This document shows, in pieces, positions 25,340-34,336 of a stretch of 39,144 bases of DNA. The DNA is from a virus (taxonomy: Duplodnaviria > Caudoviricetes). The first letter of the stretch is position 1. Every line of letters begins with the position of its first letter. The stretch is from positions 1 through 39,144 of IMG/VR virus record IMGVR_UViG_3300037424_000319. One strand, 5' to 3'. The position numbers and the translations under genes were made by a program. Below the pieces are notes generated by a model, which was not told where the DNA came from, did not search any database, and saw only the letters and a program-made list of their open reading frames with translations.

Positions 25340-25678
25340 ATGACGATTTCCGTTGTCATAAACAGCGCAACGATAGGAACCACCGAACACTGGCTGGCGT
25401 CCAACTCCACGTCCAAGGTTGACCAGACAGAAGACAACATCAACCAGGTCTGGATTGACTTCGGCGCAATGTTAGCGGGCGACGTGTACGAGTGGCGCCC
25501 GGTGGAGAAGGTCAACGCCGGAACTCAGCGCACCTTGTACACGGGCCGCGTGGTAGGCGTGCAGGGAAGCCCGGTCATCGTCACCGGGTTCTTCCTGGCC
25601 GAGGGCTGGGAGATCGGCGTCAAGAAGATCAGTGGGACCGACAGAGCCATTGCGTGGTCGCTTCGCAAGGTGATATGA
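25340..25678 (+). CDS. Putative structural protein
   Basis: Beta-rich; ends KKISGTDRAIAWSLRK. Confidence 0.65.
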   Translation: MTISVVINSATIGTTEHWLASNSTSKVDQTEDNINQVWIDFGAMLAGDVYEWRPVEKVNAGTQRTLYTGRVVGVQGSPVIVTGFFLAEGWEIGVKKISGTDRAIAWSLRKVI

Positions 25679-25679
25679 C

Positions 25680-26672
25680 GTGAGTTGGGTCTGGCAGCCA
25701 CTAGCTCTAGGAGGACAGCAGTCGTCGGGCGCTGGCGCGACTCAGTTGGTCGTCCAGGACGCGACGCTTGCGCTCGCTGCCGATAGCCCCACCCTAACTC
25801 AGCACCAGATCCTAGTAGTGGCCGATGCCCTGCTTGCGCTGGCGGCGGACAATCCCGGCCTCACCCAGCACCAGATTCTCGCCGTCGCAGACGCCCTCCT
25901 GGCTCTGGCTGCGGAGAGTCCGACTCTTACGGCGCATGAGCCAGCCATTCAGCTGGTGGTGCAGGATGCGCTACTAGGCCTCGGGGCAGGGGCCGCGGCA
26001 CTGACGCAACACAACGCCCTTGCGGTTGCTGATGCGCTACTGGCTATGGCCGCCGATGGAGTGGCACTCTCGCAGCACAACGCCCTCGCCGTGGCCGATG
26101 CGCTTCTCGGCCTGTCGGCGGAAGCGCCATCTCTTCTGCAACACCAGATCCTAGTTGTGTCAGATGCCAGCCTCACGCTGAGCGCAGAGAACATTGTCCT
26201 GGAGGTCGCCGGCGCTCTGGCCGTGCAGGATGCAACGGTTGCGCTGTCTGCAGACAATGTGGCCTTGGTTCAGCATGCCGTTCTCGTCGTTCAAGATGCA
26301 ACGCTGGGCTTGGCGACGGAGAGTCCAACTCTCACTGCCCATGACCCGGCCGTACAACTGATTGTGCAGGATGCCTCACTCGTGCTTGGCGTTGATAGTC
26401 TGGCCCTAACGCAGCACAACTTCCTTGTAGTCGCGGACGCCACTCTCGCCATCACCGCGGAGTCTCCGAATATGGCGATCCCGGTTCAGTTGATTATTCA
26501 GGGTGCCATTCTTGGCCTGACGTCAGATGCCTTATTGCTGGTCTTGCGAAACATCGCCGGTTCCGCGGAAATACTTACCTCCTATGTAACCGCACTGGAC
26601 GGATCGACAAGCCATGTCTTAGACCTGACGGTCGATTCCGAACTGCCCTGGATCGTGGAGATCACCGAATGA
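25680..26672 (+). CDS. 22-residue tandem-repeat protein (putative fibre/stalk)
   Basis: About 12 repeats of consensus LxVxDAxLxLxA(D/E)xxxLTQHxx. Confidence 0.75.
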   Translation: MSWVWQPLALGGQQSSGAGATQLVVQDATLALAADSPTLTQHQILVVADALLALAADNPGLTQHQILAVADALLALAAESPTLTAHEPAIQLVVQDALLGLGAGAAALTQHNALAVADALLAMAADGVALSQHNALAVADALLGLSAEAPSLLQHQILVVSDASLTLSAENIVLEVAGALAVQDATVALSADNVALVQHAVLVVQDATLGLATESPTLTAHDPAVQLIVQDASLVLGVDSLALTQHNFLVVADATLAITAESPNMAIPVQLIIQGAILGLTSDALLLVLRNIAGSAEILTSYVTALDGSTSHVLDLTVDSELPWIVEITE

Positions 26673-26959
26673 GCGCCTATGAGAAGGATCAGGTCGTGAG
26701 GGCGACCGGGACGTTCAGGGATACGGCAGGAACTCTAGTCGATCCTACCACGGTGAAGTTTCGCACGCGCACGCCAGCCGGCGTGGTTGTTGAGTATGTC
26801 TACGGGGTCGATGCTGATTTGGTGAAGGATTCGACGGGGATCTACCACTTCGATATCACTTTTGTGAGCTCGGGTCTTTGGAAGTACCGATGGATCACCA
26901 CCGGCGTTGGCGCCACGGCGAAAACCGTGAACCTTGATGTCGCGGATACGGGGTTCTGA
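26669..26959 (+). CDS. Ig-like small structural protein
   Basis: GTLVDPTTV...DSTGIYH...GLWKYRW. Confidence 0.6.
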   Translation: MSAYEKDQVVRATGTFRDTAGTLVDPTTVKFRTRTPAGVVVEYVYGVDADLVKDSTGIYHFDITFVSSGLWKYRWITTGVGATAKTVNLDVADTGF

Positions 26960-27555
26960 TGGCAATCACAAACGGCTACTGCACGCTCGTCGAGTTCAAG
27001 GCGTACGTCGATCCTGGCGGAACGATGGGCACCAATTCCACGGATGACACGGTATTGGAGACCATCATCGAGGCCGCCAGCCGATACCTGGATGACCAGA
27101 CGGGAAGGACGTTCTACGCCAGAACCGAGACCCGCCTGTACGACATTCCGAAGGGAAGAGAGCTGCATCTTGACGACGACTTGCTCACGGTGACGACGTT
27201 GACGAATGGGGACAGTACAGTCATCCCCTCGACTCAATACATCCTTAGCCCGGCGAACGTATACCCCAAGCGAGCCATCGAGCTCAAGGGAAGCTCGTCC
27301 TACGCCTGGCAGACGACATCTTCGGGAGACACAAAGCAAGTCATCTCCGTGGCGGGGACGTGGGGCTGGACTTCGACGACCCCAACGGAGATCAAAGAGG
27401 CCACACGGCAGATAGCCAAGAACGTGGCCAACAGGCGGACGGGGGAGAACTCTGCTGGTGAAGCCCTCATCCTGCCTTCTGGGATCGTTGTCTCGCCCCA
27501 AGACCTGAGCGGGTTTGCCAAGGGCGTGATTGCTCGCTATCGGAGGAAGTGGTGA
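26959..27555 (+). CDS. Head-tail adaptor/connector
   Basis: NGYCTLVEFK, DDTVLETIIEAASRYLDDQTGRTF, GTWGW..TPTEIKEA. Confidence 0.82.
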   Translation: MAITNGYCTLVEFKAYVDPGGTMGTNSTDDTVLETIIEAASRYLDDQTGRTFYARTETRLYDIPKGRELHLDDDLLTVTTLTNGDSTVIPSTQYILSPANVYPKRAIELKGSSSYAWQTTSSGDTKQVISVAGTWGWTSTTPTEIKEATRQIAKNVANRRTGENSAGEALILPSGIVVSPQDLSGFAKGVIARYRRKW

Positions 27556-28001
27556 GTCTCTCGGCCGTAACGATTGCCAACAGCATAGCCGGGATCACGG
27601 TCTCGGGCGTCACGATGCGCGACTTGGACGAGATCCCTCAGGGCGCTCTGGCACGTGACTGCCCGATGGTCTACCCGAAGCCCGATGGGTTCCTGTCCGG
27701 TTTGAGCGTCAACCGGGACAGCTTCGGGGCGGCGGCCGCCAAGATGACGGCGAACTACACGCTGACCTATGTCTTCCTTCATTCCCCGGTTGGTTCGGGC
27801 CGCGGGCTATTCGACATCTACGAGGACATGGTCACCAAGGGACTGTCGGTGATCGATGCAATCCTGGCTACCGCGACTCTCGCGGGCGCGGTCGATGTGC
27901 AGATCGGCGACATGCTGGACTTCGGCCCCGTCAACGATCCTGCGGGGAACACGTTCCACGGGTGTCTGATCGCGCTCAACTGCTCGGAGTTCATCAACTA
28001 A
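27549..28001 (+). CDS. Tail terminator/completion-like protein
   Basis: Size and position; ATLAGAV motif. Confidence 0.6.
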   Translation: MVSLSAVTIANSIAGITVSGVTMRDLDEIPQGALARDCPMVYPKPDGFLSGLSVNRDSFGAAAAKMTANYTLTYVFLHSPVGSGRGLFDIYEDMVTKGLSVIDAILATATLAGAVDVQIGDMLDFGPVNDPAGNTFHGCLIALNCSEFIN

Positions 28002-28011
28002 AGGCGGACCT

Positions 28012-28788
28012 ATGGCGACAGGAAGAACAGTCAGCAAACACACAAGAGTCTACGCGGATGGGTATGACCTGTCGGGCTACACCCGCTCCATCGGCCCCCT
28101 CGCCGTTGAGTTTGACGAGGCCAAGCTGGTGGCCATGACGGATGGTGTACAGGGCGTTCTACCGGATTCGGGAAAGGTCAGCCTTGGGACGCTCAACGGG
28201 ATCTTCGACGATACCGCCACTACGGGACTTCATATCGTTGCCCGTGCGGCCGGCGTGAAGAGAACAATGATGGTCCCAGTCGGCATCCGGGCAGCTCCAG
28301 CGCAAGGAGATCCGTGCTTCCTGGGTCAGTTCGAGCAGGGCGCCTACATGGGACAGCCCGACGGGAACGTGATGGTGGCAACTCTGCCATTCGAGAACTG
28401 GTCAGGCAGCGCGAGTTCGTTGCTCTACTCGAAGCCCTGGGGCGTCTTGCTCCACGCGAATGACGCGGCAGCCGGGGCCAACACAGCGATCGGGGTTGAC
28501 GATTACGGGGATGCAACGGCAAGGGGTGGCTACTTGGTCTACCAGATCTTCGACTACGAGGGAACGGGGAGCGCGGTCATCACCGTGCAAGAGGCGGACA
28601 CGAATCTCAACGGCTCCTTTGCCCTCCTGTCGGGCGCGACCAGCGGAAGCATCGCGCATACAGCTATGCCAACGGCCGGCCTGGTGGCGATCTCCCCGAC
28701 GGCCGACGTGAAGCAGTTCCTGCGGTGGCAACTCGCGTTGACGACTCTCACCAGTTTGACGTTCGCCCTGGCATGGGTTCGGGGCTAA
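28012..28788 (+). CDS. Tail tube-like protein 1
   Basis: RVYADGYDLSG...GIFDD; position after terminator. Confidence 0.6.
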   Translation: MATGRTVSKHTRVYADGYDLSGYTRSIGPLAVEFDEAKLVAMTDGVQGVLPDSGKVSLGTLNGIFDDTATTGLHIVARAAGVKRTMMVPVGIRAAPAQGDPCFLGQFEQGAYMGQPDGNVMVATLPFENWSGSASSLLYSKPWGVLLHANDAAAGANTAIGVDDYGDATARGGYLVYQIFDYEGTGSAVITVQEADTNLNGSFALLSGATSGSIAHTAMPTAGLVAISPTADVKQFLRWQLALTTLTSLTFALAWVRG

Positions 28789-28800
28789 GGAGAAAGAGAC

Positions 28801-29304
28801 ATGGCTGCACAGACGGGACGCACTGTTTCGAAATGGGTCAAGGTGTACTTGGACGACTCGACTGCGACGTTGCGCGAGATCCCAGTCGATTCGATCAACG
28901 GCGTGGGGTTCGACTATCCCGCGAAGGACCTGACGGCCTTCCAGGATGCGCTCCATACCGTCCTGCCGGAGATCCCCGACTTGGAGATCACGCTGACGGG
29001 GCCGTTCGATAGCACAGCTGCGGTGGGCGCCTCGGGATCTGGGGTTGCTCCTGCGCTGTCGGGATCTCACACGGTTCTCAGCGGGATCGTCGGCGGGAAT
29101 ACTCCGTTGGCCTTCGGGATCGCCGTGGGCATGCGGCAGTATTACACGAGTGGCGAACCGGTCTTCGGCATCACGGGAACCACAGCCAATGGGTTCCTGT
29201 GCCTGAGCTACGTCGTGAACATGGACGACATGAAGTACACGGCGAAGTTCAAGGTCATGACGGGATCGGCCGCTCCCGCTTGGGGAACGAGTCTTGTGAC
29301 GTGA
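28801..29304 (+). CDS. Tail tube-like protein 2
   Basis: Shares N-terminal TGRTVSK with the previous gene; DLTAFQD...ITLTGPFD. Confidence 0.6.
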   Translation: MAAQTGRTVSKWVKVYLDDSTATLREIPVDSINGVGFDYPAKDLTAFQDALHTVLPEIPDLEITLTGPFDSTAAVGASGSGVAPALSGSHTVLSGIVGGNTPLAFGIAVGMRQYYTSGEPVFGITGTTANGFLCLSYVVNMDDMKYTAKFKVMTGSAAPAWGTSLVT

Positions 29305-29311
29305 ATTGGTC

Positions 29312-29719
29312 CTATTTCTTCGAGGACCAGAACTTCCGTTTTCTGGCCTCTCGCATGGAAGCCGAAATGCGTTGCTTCAAGTCGGGATGGTCAATGTGAA
29401 GCCGGCGGATCATGGCACTTCTCGCGAGGCGTTGTTCGAGTGTCCATCGCGGCCTGGACTGTTTCAGTCTTGCCCGATGCGCGTCAGAAATGGGATGCTT
29501 GGCCGAGTGGATCTTCGGGGAGACGACGGCGAGGTTCTCAATCCGATTGTCGAGGCGGTTACCGTTGATGTGATGAACGAGTTCATCGGGAAGCAAGGAT
29601 CGCCCAAGATGCAGTTCCATGAGATGTCTATGGAGAGGCATCTGCCGACCGTTCACACGGCATTTCCGGTACCTGGCGCGCATCTCGTCATCGGGTTTTG
29701 TCGAGCCCTTGCTTGGCAT
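29312..29719 (-). CDS. HNH homing endonuclease, antisense within tail operon
   Basis: LHRHLMELHLGRSLLPDELVHHINGNRLDNRIENL; AGGAGG RBS. Confidence 0.92.
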   Translation of the reverse strand: MPSKGSTKPDDEMRARYRKCRVNGRQMPLHRHLMELHLGRSLLPDELVHHINGNRLDNRIENLAVVSPKIHSAKHPISDAHRARLKQSRPRWTLEQRLARSAMIRRLHIDHPDLKQRISASMREARKRKFWSSKK

Positions 29720-29721
29720 GT

Positions 29722-29739
29722 TGACCTCCTAAAAGGTCA
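29722..29739 (-). promoter_or_regulatory. RBS-sequestering hairpin of the HNH gene
   Basis: Minus strand TGACCT-TTTAGG-AGGTCA-AC-ATG. Confidence 0.6.
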
Positions 29740-29764
29740 CGGCCCAACCGTCGGTGTTGCACTT

Positions 29765-29829
29765 GTCTAGGGTGCGCCACTTATGACGGAGGGCCGTGTC
29801 GGAAACAAGAAGTGGCGCTCACCCTAGAC
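29765..29829. repeat. 18-bp imperfect inverted repeat
   Basis: GTCTAGGGTGCGCCACTT ... AAGTGGCG(CT)CACCCTAGAC. Confidence 0.75.
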
Positions 29830-29846
29830 GGAGAGAATTGTACCAC

Positions 29847-30206
29847 ATGCCGAAAACGATAACAAGTCCCGTCAAGAAATGGCCGGGGACAGTCGTGCTA
29901 CAGGACCCGATCCTGTTCCCGGCCTACATTGCCTGGAAGCAAGCTGTTGACGCGGCGGCAGCACTCGAGCCAGAGGGAGAGTCGTTGACCATCGTTGGCG
30001 CATCGGCAACTGCTGAGATGGCGCAAGCTATTCTTCCTGGCATTTGCGCCGTTGTCCAAGAATGGAAGCTGGAGGGCCTGCCAGCAAGTATGGTGCCGGA
30101 GAGCTTTCCGGCTACGCCGCGTAAGGCATCGGTGTTGCTTCTGGCATGGCTGATATCAGAGATCACCAGCCTAGTCGTTGGGGAGGAAGAGATCCCAAAC
30201 GCCTGA
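29847..30206 (+). CDS. Tail assembly chaperone (G-like)
   Basis: Between tail tube and tape measure; ends at a slippery site. Confidence 0.75.
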   Translation: MPKTITSPVKKWPGTVVLQDPILFPAYIAWKQAVDAAAALEPEGESLTIVGASATAEMAQAILPGICAVVQEWKLEGLPASMVPESFPATPRKASVLLLAWLISEITSLVVGEEEIPNA

Positions 30207-30472
30207 TGGCCCGCGCCTACGCGTATGCGGAAGGCGACGGGCCGGAGCCCTGGGAATTGACTCAACTTCGGGCAATTGATCGCTTTGGGGCGCAGGCCGT
30301 CATGGGAAGGTGCCTGTCAGTGGGAGAGATACGCAGGATGACCGTGGCGCAGAGCATCGTCGGCGCTTATCAAGCAAGGGCCAAGGCAGAGAACTGGGCG
30401 GATTGGGCGCGCAGGAACCCCGATCTGAGCAGTCTCTTGAATGGCGCCATGCTCAAGGATGATGATGGCTGA
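30194..30472 (+). CDS. Tail assembly chaperone T-portion (-1 frame, GT-like)
   Basis: C CCA AAC at 30194-30200 leads into the open -1 frame. Confidence 0.7.
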   Translation, partial: PKRLMARAYAYAEGDGPEPWELTQLRAIDRFGAQAVMGRCLSVGEIRRMTVAQSIVGAYQARAKAENWADWARRNPDLSSLLNGAMLKDDDG

Positions 30473-32039
30473 CGTACAGATTCGGATCCTGGCCGAGGTT
30501 GCCAAGGCCAATTCGCAATTGAAGTCCCTCGATGATCGCATGAAGAGCATGAATGCGACCTCCGCCACGTTGTCGAAGGGCTTCTCCACCGTAGGCATCG
30601 CCCTGGCCGGAATCGTCTCCGCTGGATATACCGCCAGGAAGATGTGGGATGCCACGGCCGGATCCGTCATCGCCTACAACAAGACGATCCTGGATTCGGC
30701 TATGGCCACCGGGAACTCAACCGAGGAATTCTCCAGGATCGTTGAGGTCGCCGGCGATTTCGGCATTGCCATCGGTGATGTTACCCGCGTGCTGGAGTTC
30801 ATGACGAAGAAGGGCATAACGCCGACGATCGACAACCTGGCAGCCTTCATGGACCAGATGAATGCGATCGAGGACCCATCTAGGCGGGCTGCGGAAATTT
30901 CTAAAGTCATGGGCCGGAACTGGGCAATCCTTGATCCAGTCATGCAGGCCGGCGGCGCGGCATTCCGATCTGCCACAGGCGCCGTTCAGGCCGGAATTGT
31001 CGTGACACAGAAGGAGGCCGAGGAAACCGAACAACTCCGTATGGAAATTGAAACCCTCACCGACTCGTGGACGTCCTACAAGAATACGGTGGGGCTCGCA
31101 GTCGTTGGGGCAATCAACGACGAGATCGAGGCCGGAGATCGCCAGAGCGATAGCATCGACTACCGCCAGCGCGCCTACCAGGACCTGGTCGCACGGGGAA
31201 TCCAACCGACGACAGCCAGCATTTCGCGCCTTGCCGCGGAGATGAAGCGGGCGGACACCGCTGCGGCCGAGGGCGCTAGAAACATCGAACTCCTAGCCGT
31301 GGCCGGCCGGAACCTGCCGACTGAGTTCCACGGAATGCTCCGAGATTTCCATGTTGCGGCCGCGGTCGACCTCACCATTGCCAACCCCGAGAGCTTCCGT
31401 GAAGCCGTGATGGGCATCGTGACACAGCGTGCAGAGACTACTGCAACGGCCGGCGCTGAAGCTGCAGCAGACTGGATCGCTGGGTGGATGGCCGAGAACC
31501 CCGGGAAGACAGTAACGGAGGCTTTTCAGGCGTATCTCGACGACTTCAACGCGTCACTTGCGAGCACCCAAGACAATCTTAGCGTCGGGATTCTGGGGGG
31601 ATTACTTGACGCTGGTATTGAGGCCGCGGCGATCCCCGTGAAAGCTGGTGATGTAAGCGCATGGGCAGCCGCCAAGAAACTGGCGAACACATTCTCTGTC
31701 GAGCTGGCTAACGCCGGAGATAACGCTTGGGACATCGTGAGGGCAATTCAGGCGATCAATGACGCTGGGGGAGTCCCGAACATCGGTGGCGATGGCGGCG
31801 GCGACGGGGAAAGGCCCGGCGGGGAGTCCGAATTCCAGCACGGTGCCGACTTCGTCGTGCCACCGGGATTCCCCAATGACTCCTTCCCCATGCGCGTGAG
31901 TTCAGGAGAACGGGTTGTCGTGATCCCGCAGAACACGCAGAACAACAGCCGATCCTTCACTTTCAATACGACCGTCAATGACAGCGCGGGCGGCATGGGC
32001 CTTCTTGAACGCATGAAGCAGGATGTGCGGAGACTATAG
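30465..32039 (+). CDS. Tape measure protein
   Basis: Ala-rich helical; ADVQIRILAE start; FQHGADFVVPPGFPNDSF...VSSGERVVVIP C-terminal motif. Confidence 0.85.
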   Translation: MADVQIRILAEVAKANSQLKSLDDRMKSMNATSATLSKGFSTVGIALAGIVSAGYTARKMWDATAGSVIAYNKTILDSAMATGNSTEEFSRIVEVAGDFGIAIGDVTRVLEFMTKKGITPTIDNLAAFMDQMNAIEDPSRRAAEISKVMGRNWAILDPVMQAGGAAFRSATGAVQAGIVVTQKEAEETEQLRMEIETLTDSWTSYKNTVGLAVVGAINDEIEAGDRQSDSIDYRQRAYQDLVARGIQPTTASISRLAAEMKRADTAAAEGARNIELLAVAGRNLPTEFHGMLRDFHVAAAVDLTIANPESFREAVMGIVTQRAETTATAGAEAAADWIAGWMAENPGKTVTEAFQAYLDDFNASLASTQDNLSVGILGGLLDAGIEAAAIPVKAGDVSAWAAAKKLANTFSVELANAGDNAWDIVRAIQAINDAGGVPNIGGDGGGDGERPGGESEFQHGADFVVPPGFPNDSFPMRVSSGERVVVIPQNTQNNSRSFTFNTTVNDSAGGMGLLERMKQDVRRL

Positions 32040-34037
32040 ATGGCCGTCACCTATTCCCTCACGGATGGCACGACGACCATCGACCTGATCGCGGCAACGA
32101 CGATCAGTATCAGGGATACCTCTCAGCCCCCATCCATTCCGGGCGTGGCGATCCAGGAACCGACCCGCGTGACCGAACGCTGGGCCCTCCGCGTGAAGGG
32201 AACGAGCAACGACAACCTGGCGTCGCAGCTGCAGACTCTCATCAAGCTCCTGAGAAAAGCAAGCGACTTCGAGGATGGAGTCGTCTTCACGAAGCCGGTG
32301 TATTTGCAGGTGCAGATGGCGAATGAGACGGGGGCCCGCTATGCCCTGGTACATGGCGCCACAGACCTTGAATTCCCATTCGGGATTGAGAAGTACGTCC
32401 AGAACTCCAGCACGGCAGAGATCGACGTCACAATCGAGCGAGAGCACCCCTGGCGCTCGGCGGCCCCCAATACTCTTCCCACGGCCTCCACGCTGACGGC
32501 ATCGGATGGCCCTGCCTCACCCACGATGGTGCATGTCGCCAACTTCCGGGACGACGGAGTCTTAAGCAGCGTCAAGGTGGACGACGGGGGGGCCTTCACC
32601 GACATCATCAGCGCGGTCACGGGGACAAATCTCTTCCCTGCTGCGCCGGCCGCCAACGATGCGCTGTACTTCCTGGCAACCGACATCCCATTCAAGCACT
32701 GCTGTGCGGGCGTGGCGACGGCGATGGCGAGTTTCGCGGGGACGCTGGTGGCCGAGTACTACTCTGGCGCGGCCTACTCGGCCATGACTCTCGGGACCCA
32801 TTTCACCGTGTTTGACGCGAGCGGCCGGGAGATCACCAGCCTCAATGAGTTGTTCACGCGAACCGGGTTGTGGTCGATCAACATCTTCCCGCCCTCGGAC
32901 TGGGCGACCGTTGCCGTAGATGGTCAAACGGTCTACCCCTTCCGAATTCGCATCAGCGCATTCACGTCCATCGGTACGGTCCCCACGAAAGACGGCAACG
33001 CGATCTATGCCCAGCGCAAGAACTACGTCGAGATCCCGGCGGCCTCGCTGGTGGGGGACAGTCCCCAAACGACTCTCATTCGCCTGTTCTCCCCCTCGGG
33101 TGGCGGGGCGACGGTTGGGAAGGCGAATCTATCGCGCATCCTGATCGGGACGAAGTCGGACCCGGCATCCACCTTCGAGCCGGTCCTGAACTTGGGGAAC
33201 GTGGACAACCCGGCTGGCTGGACGACGGCCTACGGCACCGACTCGTCTTCGGTGGCCGACAACCTCGCGCCCGGGCGCGCGCACGCGGCAGTCTCGTTCG
33301 CCACAGAGGCGACATCGGTCGTCCGTGTAACTCTCACAGGAGACGATCTTCTCTCGTCCTACGCGCCGGGAGAGTACCTGGTTATGGTGCGCTGCCAGCA
33401 GATCGGGGGTAGCCCGGGAGACTGCAAGGTCAGCGTCGATGTGGCTATCGGGGGGAGCGGCGCCTACGTCCCCCACGTCTTCCTGGGAGAAGCGTCCCCA
33501 ACCGAAGGAGCGGACGATGGGCCGGAAGTCCTTTGCATGGGCGGGATCGACGATCCCGTCCTGCTGCAGCTTCCGTTCTCGCGGGCCTACAACTCCGACT
33601 CCCTGGCCTCCACCGACATCGTCGTTCGAGTGTACGCAGAACGCGAGAGCGGGGCTTCCGTCCTCAGACTCTACGACCTGTGGCTCATGCCAATCCACGA
33701 GGGATCAGTCTCCGCCGACGATCCGGTGACGGACACCACGAATGGCAGTTCAGCCCTCAGAGGCGGGACGATCCTGGACGTCGACGGCGGGGTTCTGGCC
33801 AACCGGACGATGAAGCAGATCGTCGTCGGGGCGAACTTCATCCCGGCCGAGGAATGGACGCGCGTGAACCGACTCCCAGAGTTGAAGAACATCGGGGTCA
33901 AGACCCGGCTGTACTTCCTCATGCTCCACTACGCCACGGCCTGGGATAGCGGGCCGCTGGTGGCCAGCCTCGGCAATCACCTGGCATGCTCCGTCTACGC
34001 CCATTCGCGGTACGCAATGTTGAGGGGCGCAGGATGA
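32040..34037 (+). CDS. Distal tail (Dit-like) protein with inserted beta domains
   Basis: Follows tape measure; LTDGTTTIDL start, IEREHPW. Confidence 0.6.
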   Translation: MAVTYSLTDGTTTIDLIAATTISIRDTSQPPSIPGVAIQEPTRVTERWALRVKGTSNDNLASQLQTLIKLLRKASDFEDGVVFTKPVYLQVQMANETGARYALVHGATDLEFPFGIEKYVQNSSTAEIDVTIEREHPWRSAAPNTLPTASTLTASDGPASPTMVHVANFRDDGVLSSVKVDDGGAFTDIISAVTGTNLFPAAPAANDALYFLATDIPFKHCCAGVATAMASFAGTLVAEYYSGAAYSAMTLGTHFTVFDASGREITSLNELFTRTGLWSINIFPPSDWATVAVDGQTVYPFRIRISAFTSIGTVPTKDGNAIYAQRKNYVEIPAASLVGDSPQTTLIRLFSPSGGGATVGKANLSRILIGTKSDPASTFEPVLNLGNVDNPAGWTTAYGTDSSSVADNLAPGRAHAAVSFATEATSVVRVTLTGDDLLSSYAPGEYLVMVRCQQIGGSPGDCKVSVDVAIGGSGAYVPHVFLGEASPTEGADDGPEVLCMGGIDDPVLLQLPFSRAYNSDSLASTDIVVRVYAERESGASVLRLYDLWLMPIHEGSVSADDPVTDTTNGSSALRGGTILDVDGGVLANRTMKQIVVGANFIPAEEWTRVNRLPELKNIGVKTRLYFLMLHYATAWDSGPLVASLGNHLACSVYAHSRYAMLRGAG

Positions 34038-34336
34038 CAACCTACACCTTGGGAACCACGCAATGCACGGCTCTCATTCGTGACCAGGACGAGGGATGGA
34101 TCTTCGAGATCTCCTTCCGCCTGCTGAGGAATGACGGGACGGGCCCGGTGGACATTGGCGGGATCGTCCAGAGATATGGAGAGGCGACGAGCAATCTGGA
34201 GATGCGAACGAACCTGCTTGCGCAAATCAAGGAGCTGGCCGAGGTCGACTACGCCGGCCAGCAGCAGGCCACGAGAGACGCACGGGCGGCGGCGATCCTT
34301 GCGGCCTTGAGCGACTGGAGTCTAACGAGGCCGTGA
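34034..34336 (+). CDS. Small tail-region protein
   Basis: ATGA/GTGA coupling on both sides. Confidence 0.55.
   Translation: MTTYTLGTTQCTALIRDQDEGWIFEISFRLLRNDGTGPVDIGGIVQRYGEATSNLEMRTNLLAQIKELAEVDYAGQQQATRDARAAAILAALSDWSLTRP

Noticed and set aside
25746-26555. CRISPR array
   Set aside because: The periodicity is a degenerate 66-bp coding repeat with no identical repeats or unique spacers; no cas genes.
29306-29770. 154-aa plus-strand ORF in the tail operon
   Set aside because: Antisense shadow of the HNH gene, which has the motifs and the RBS.
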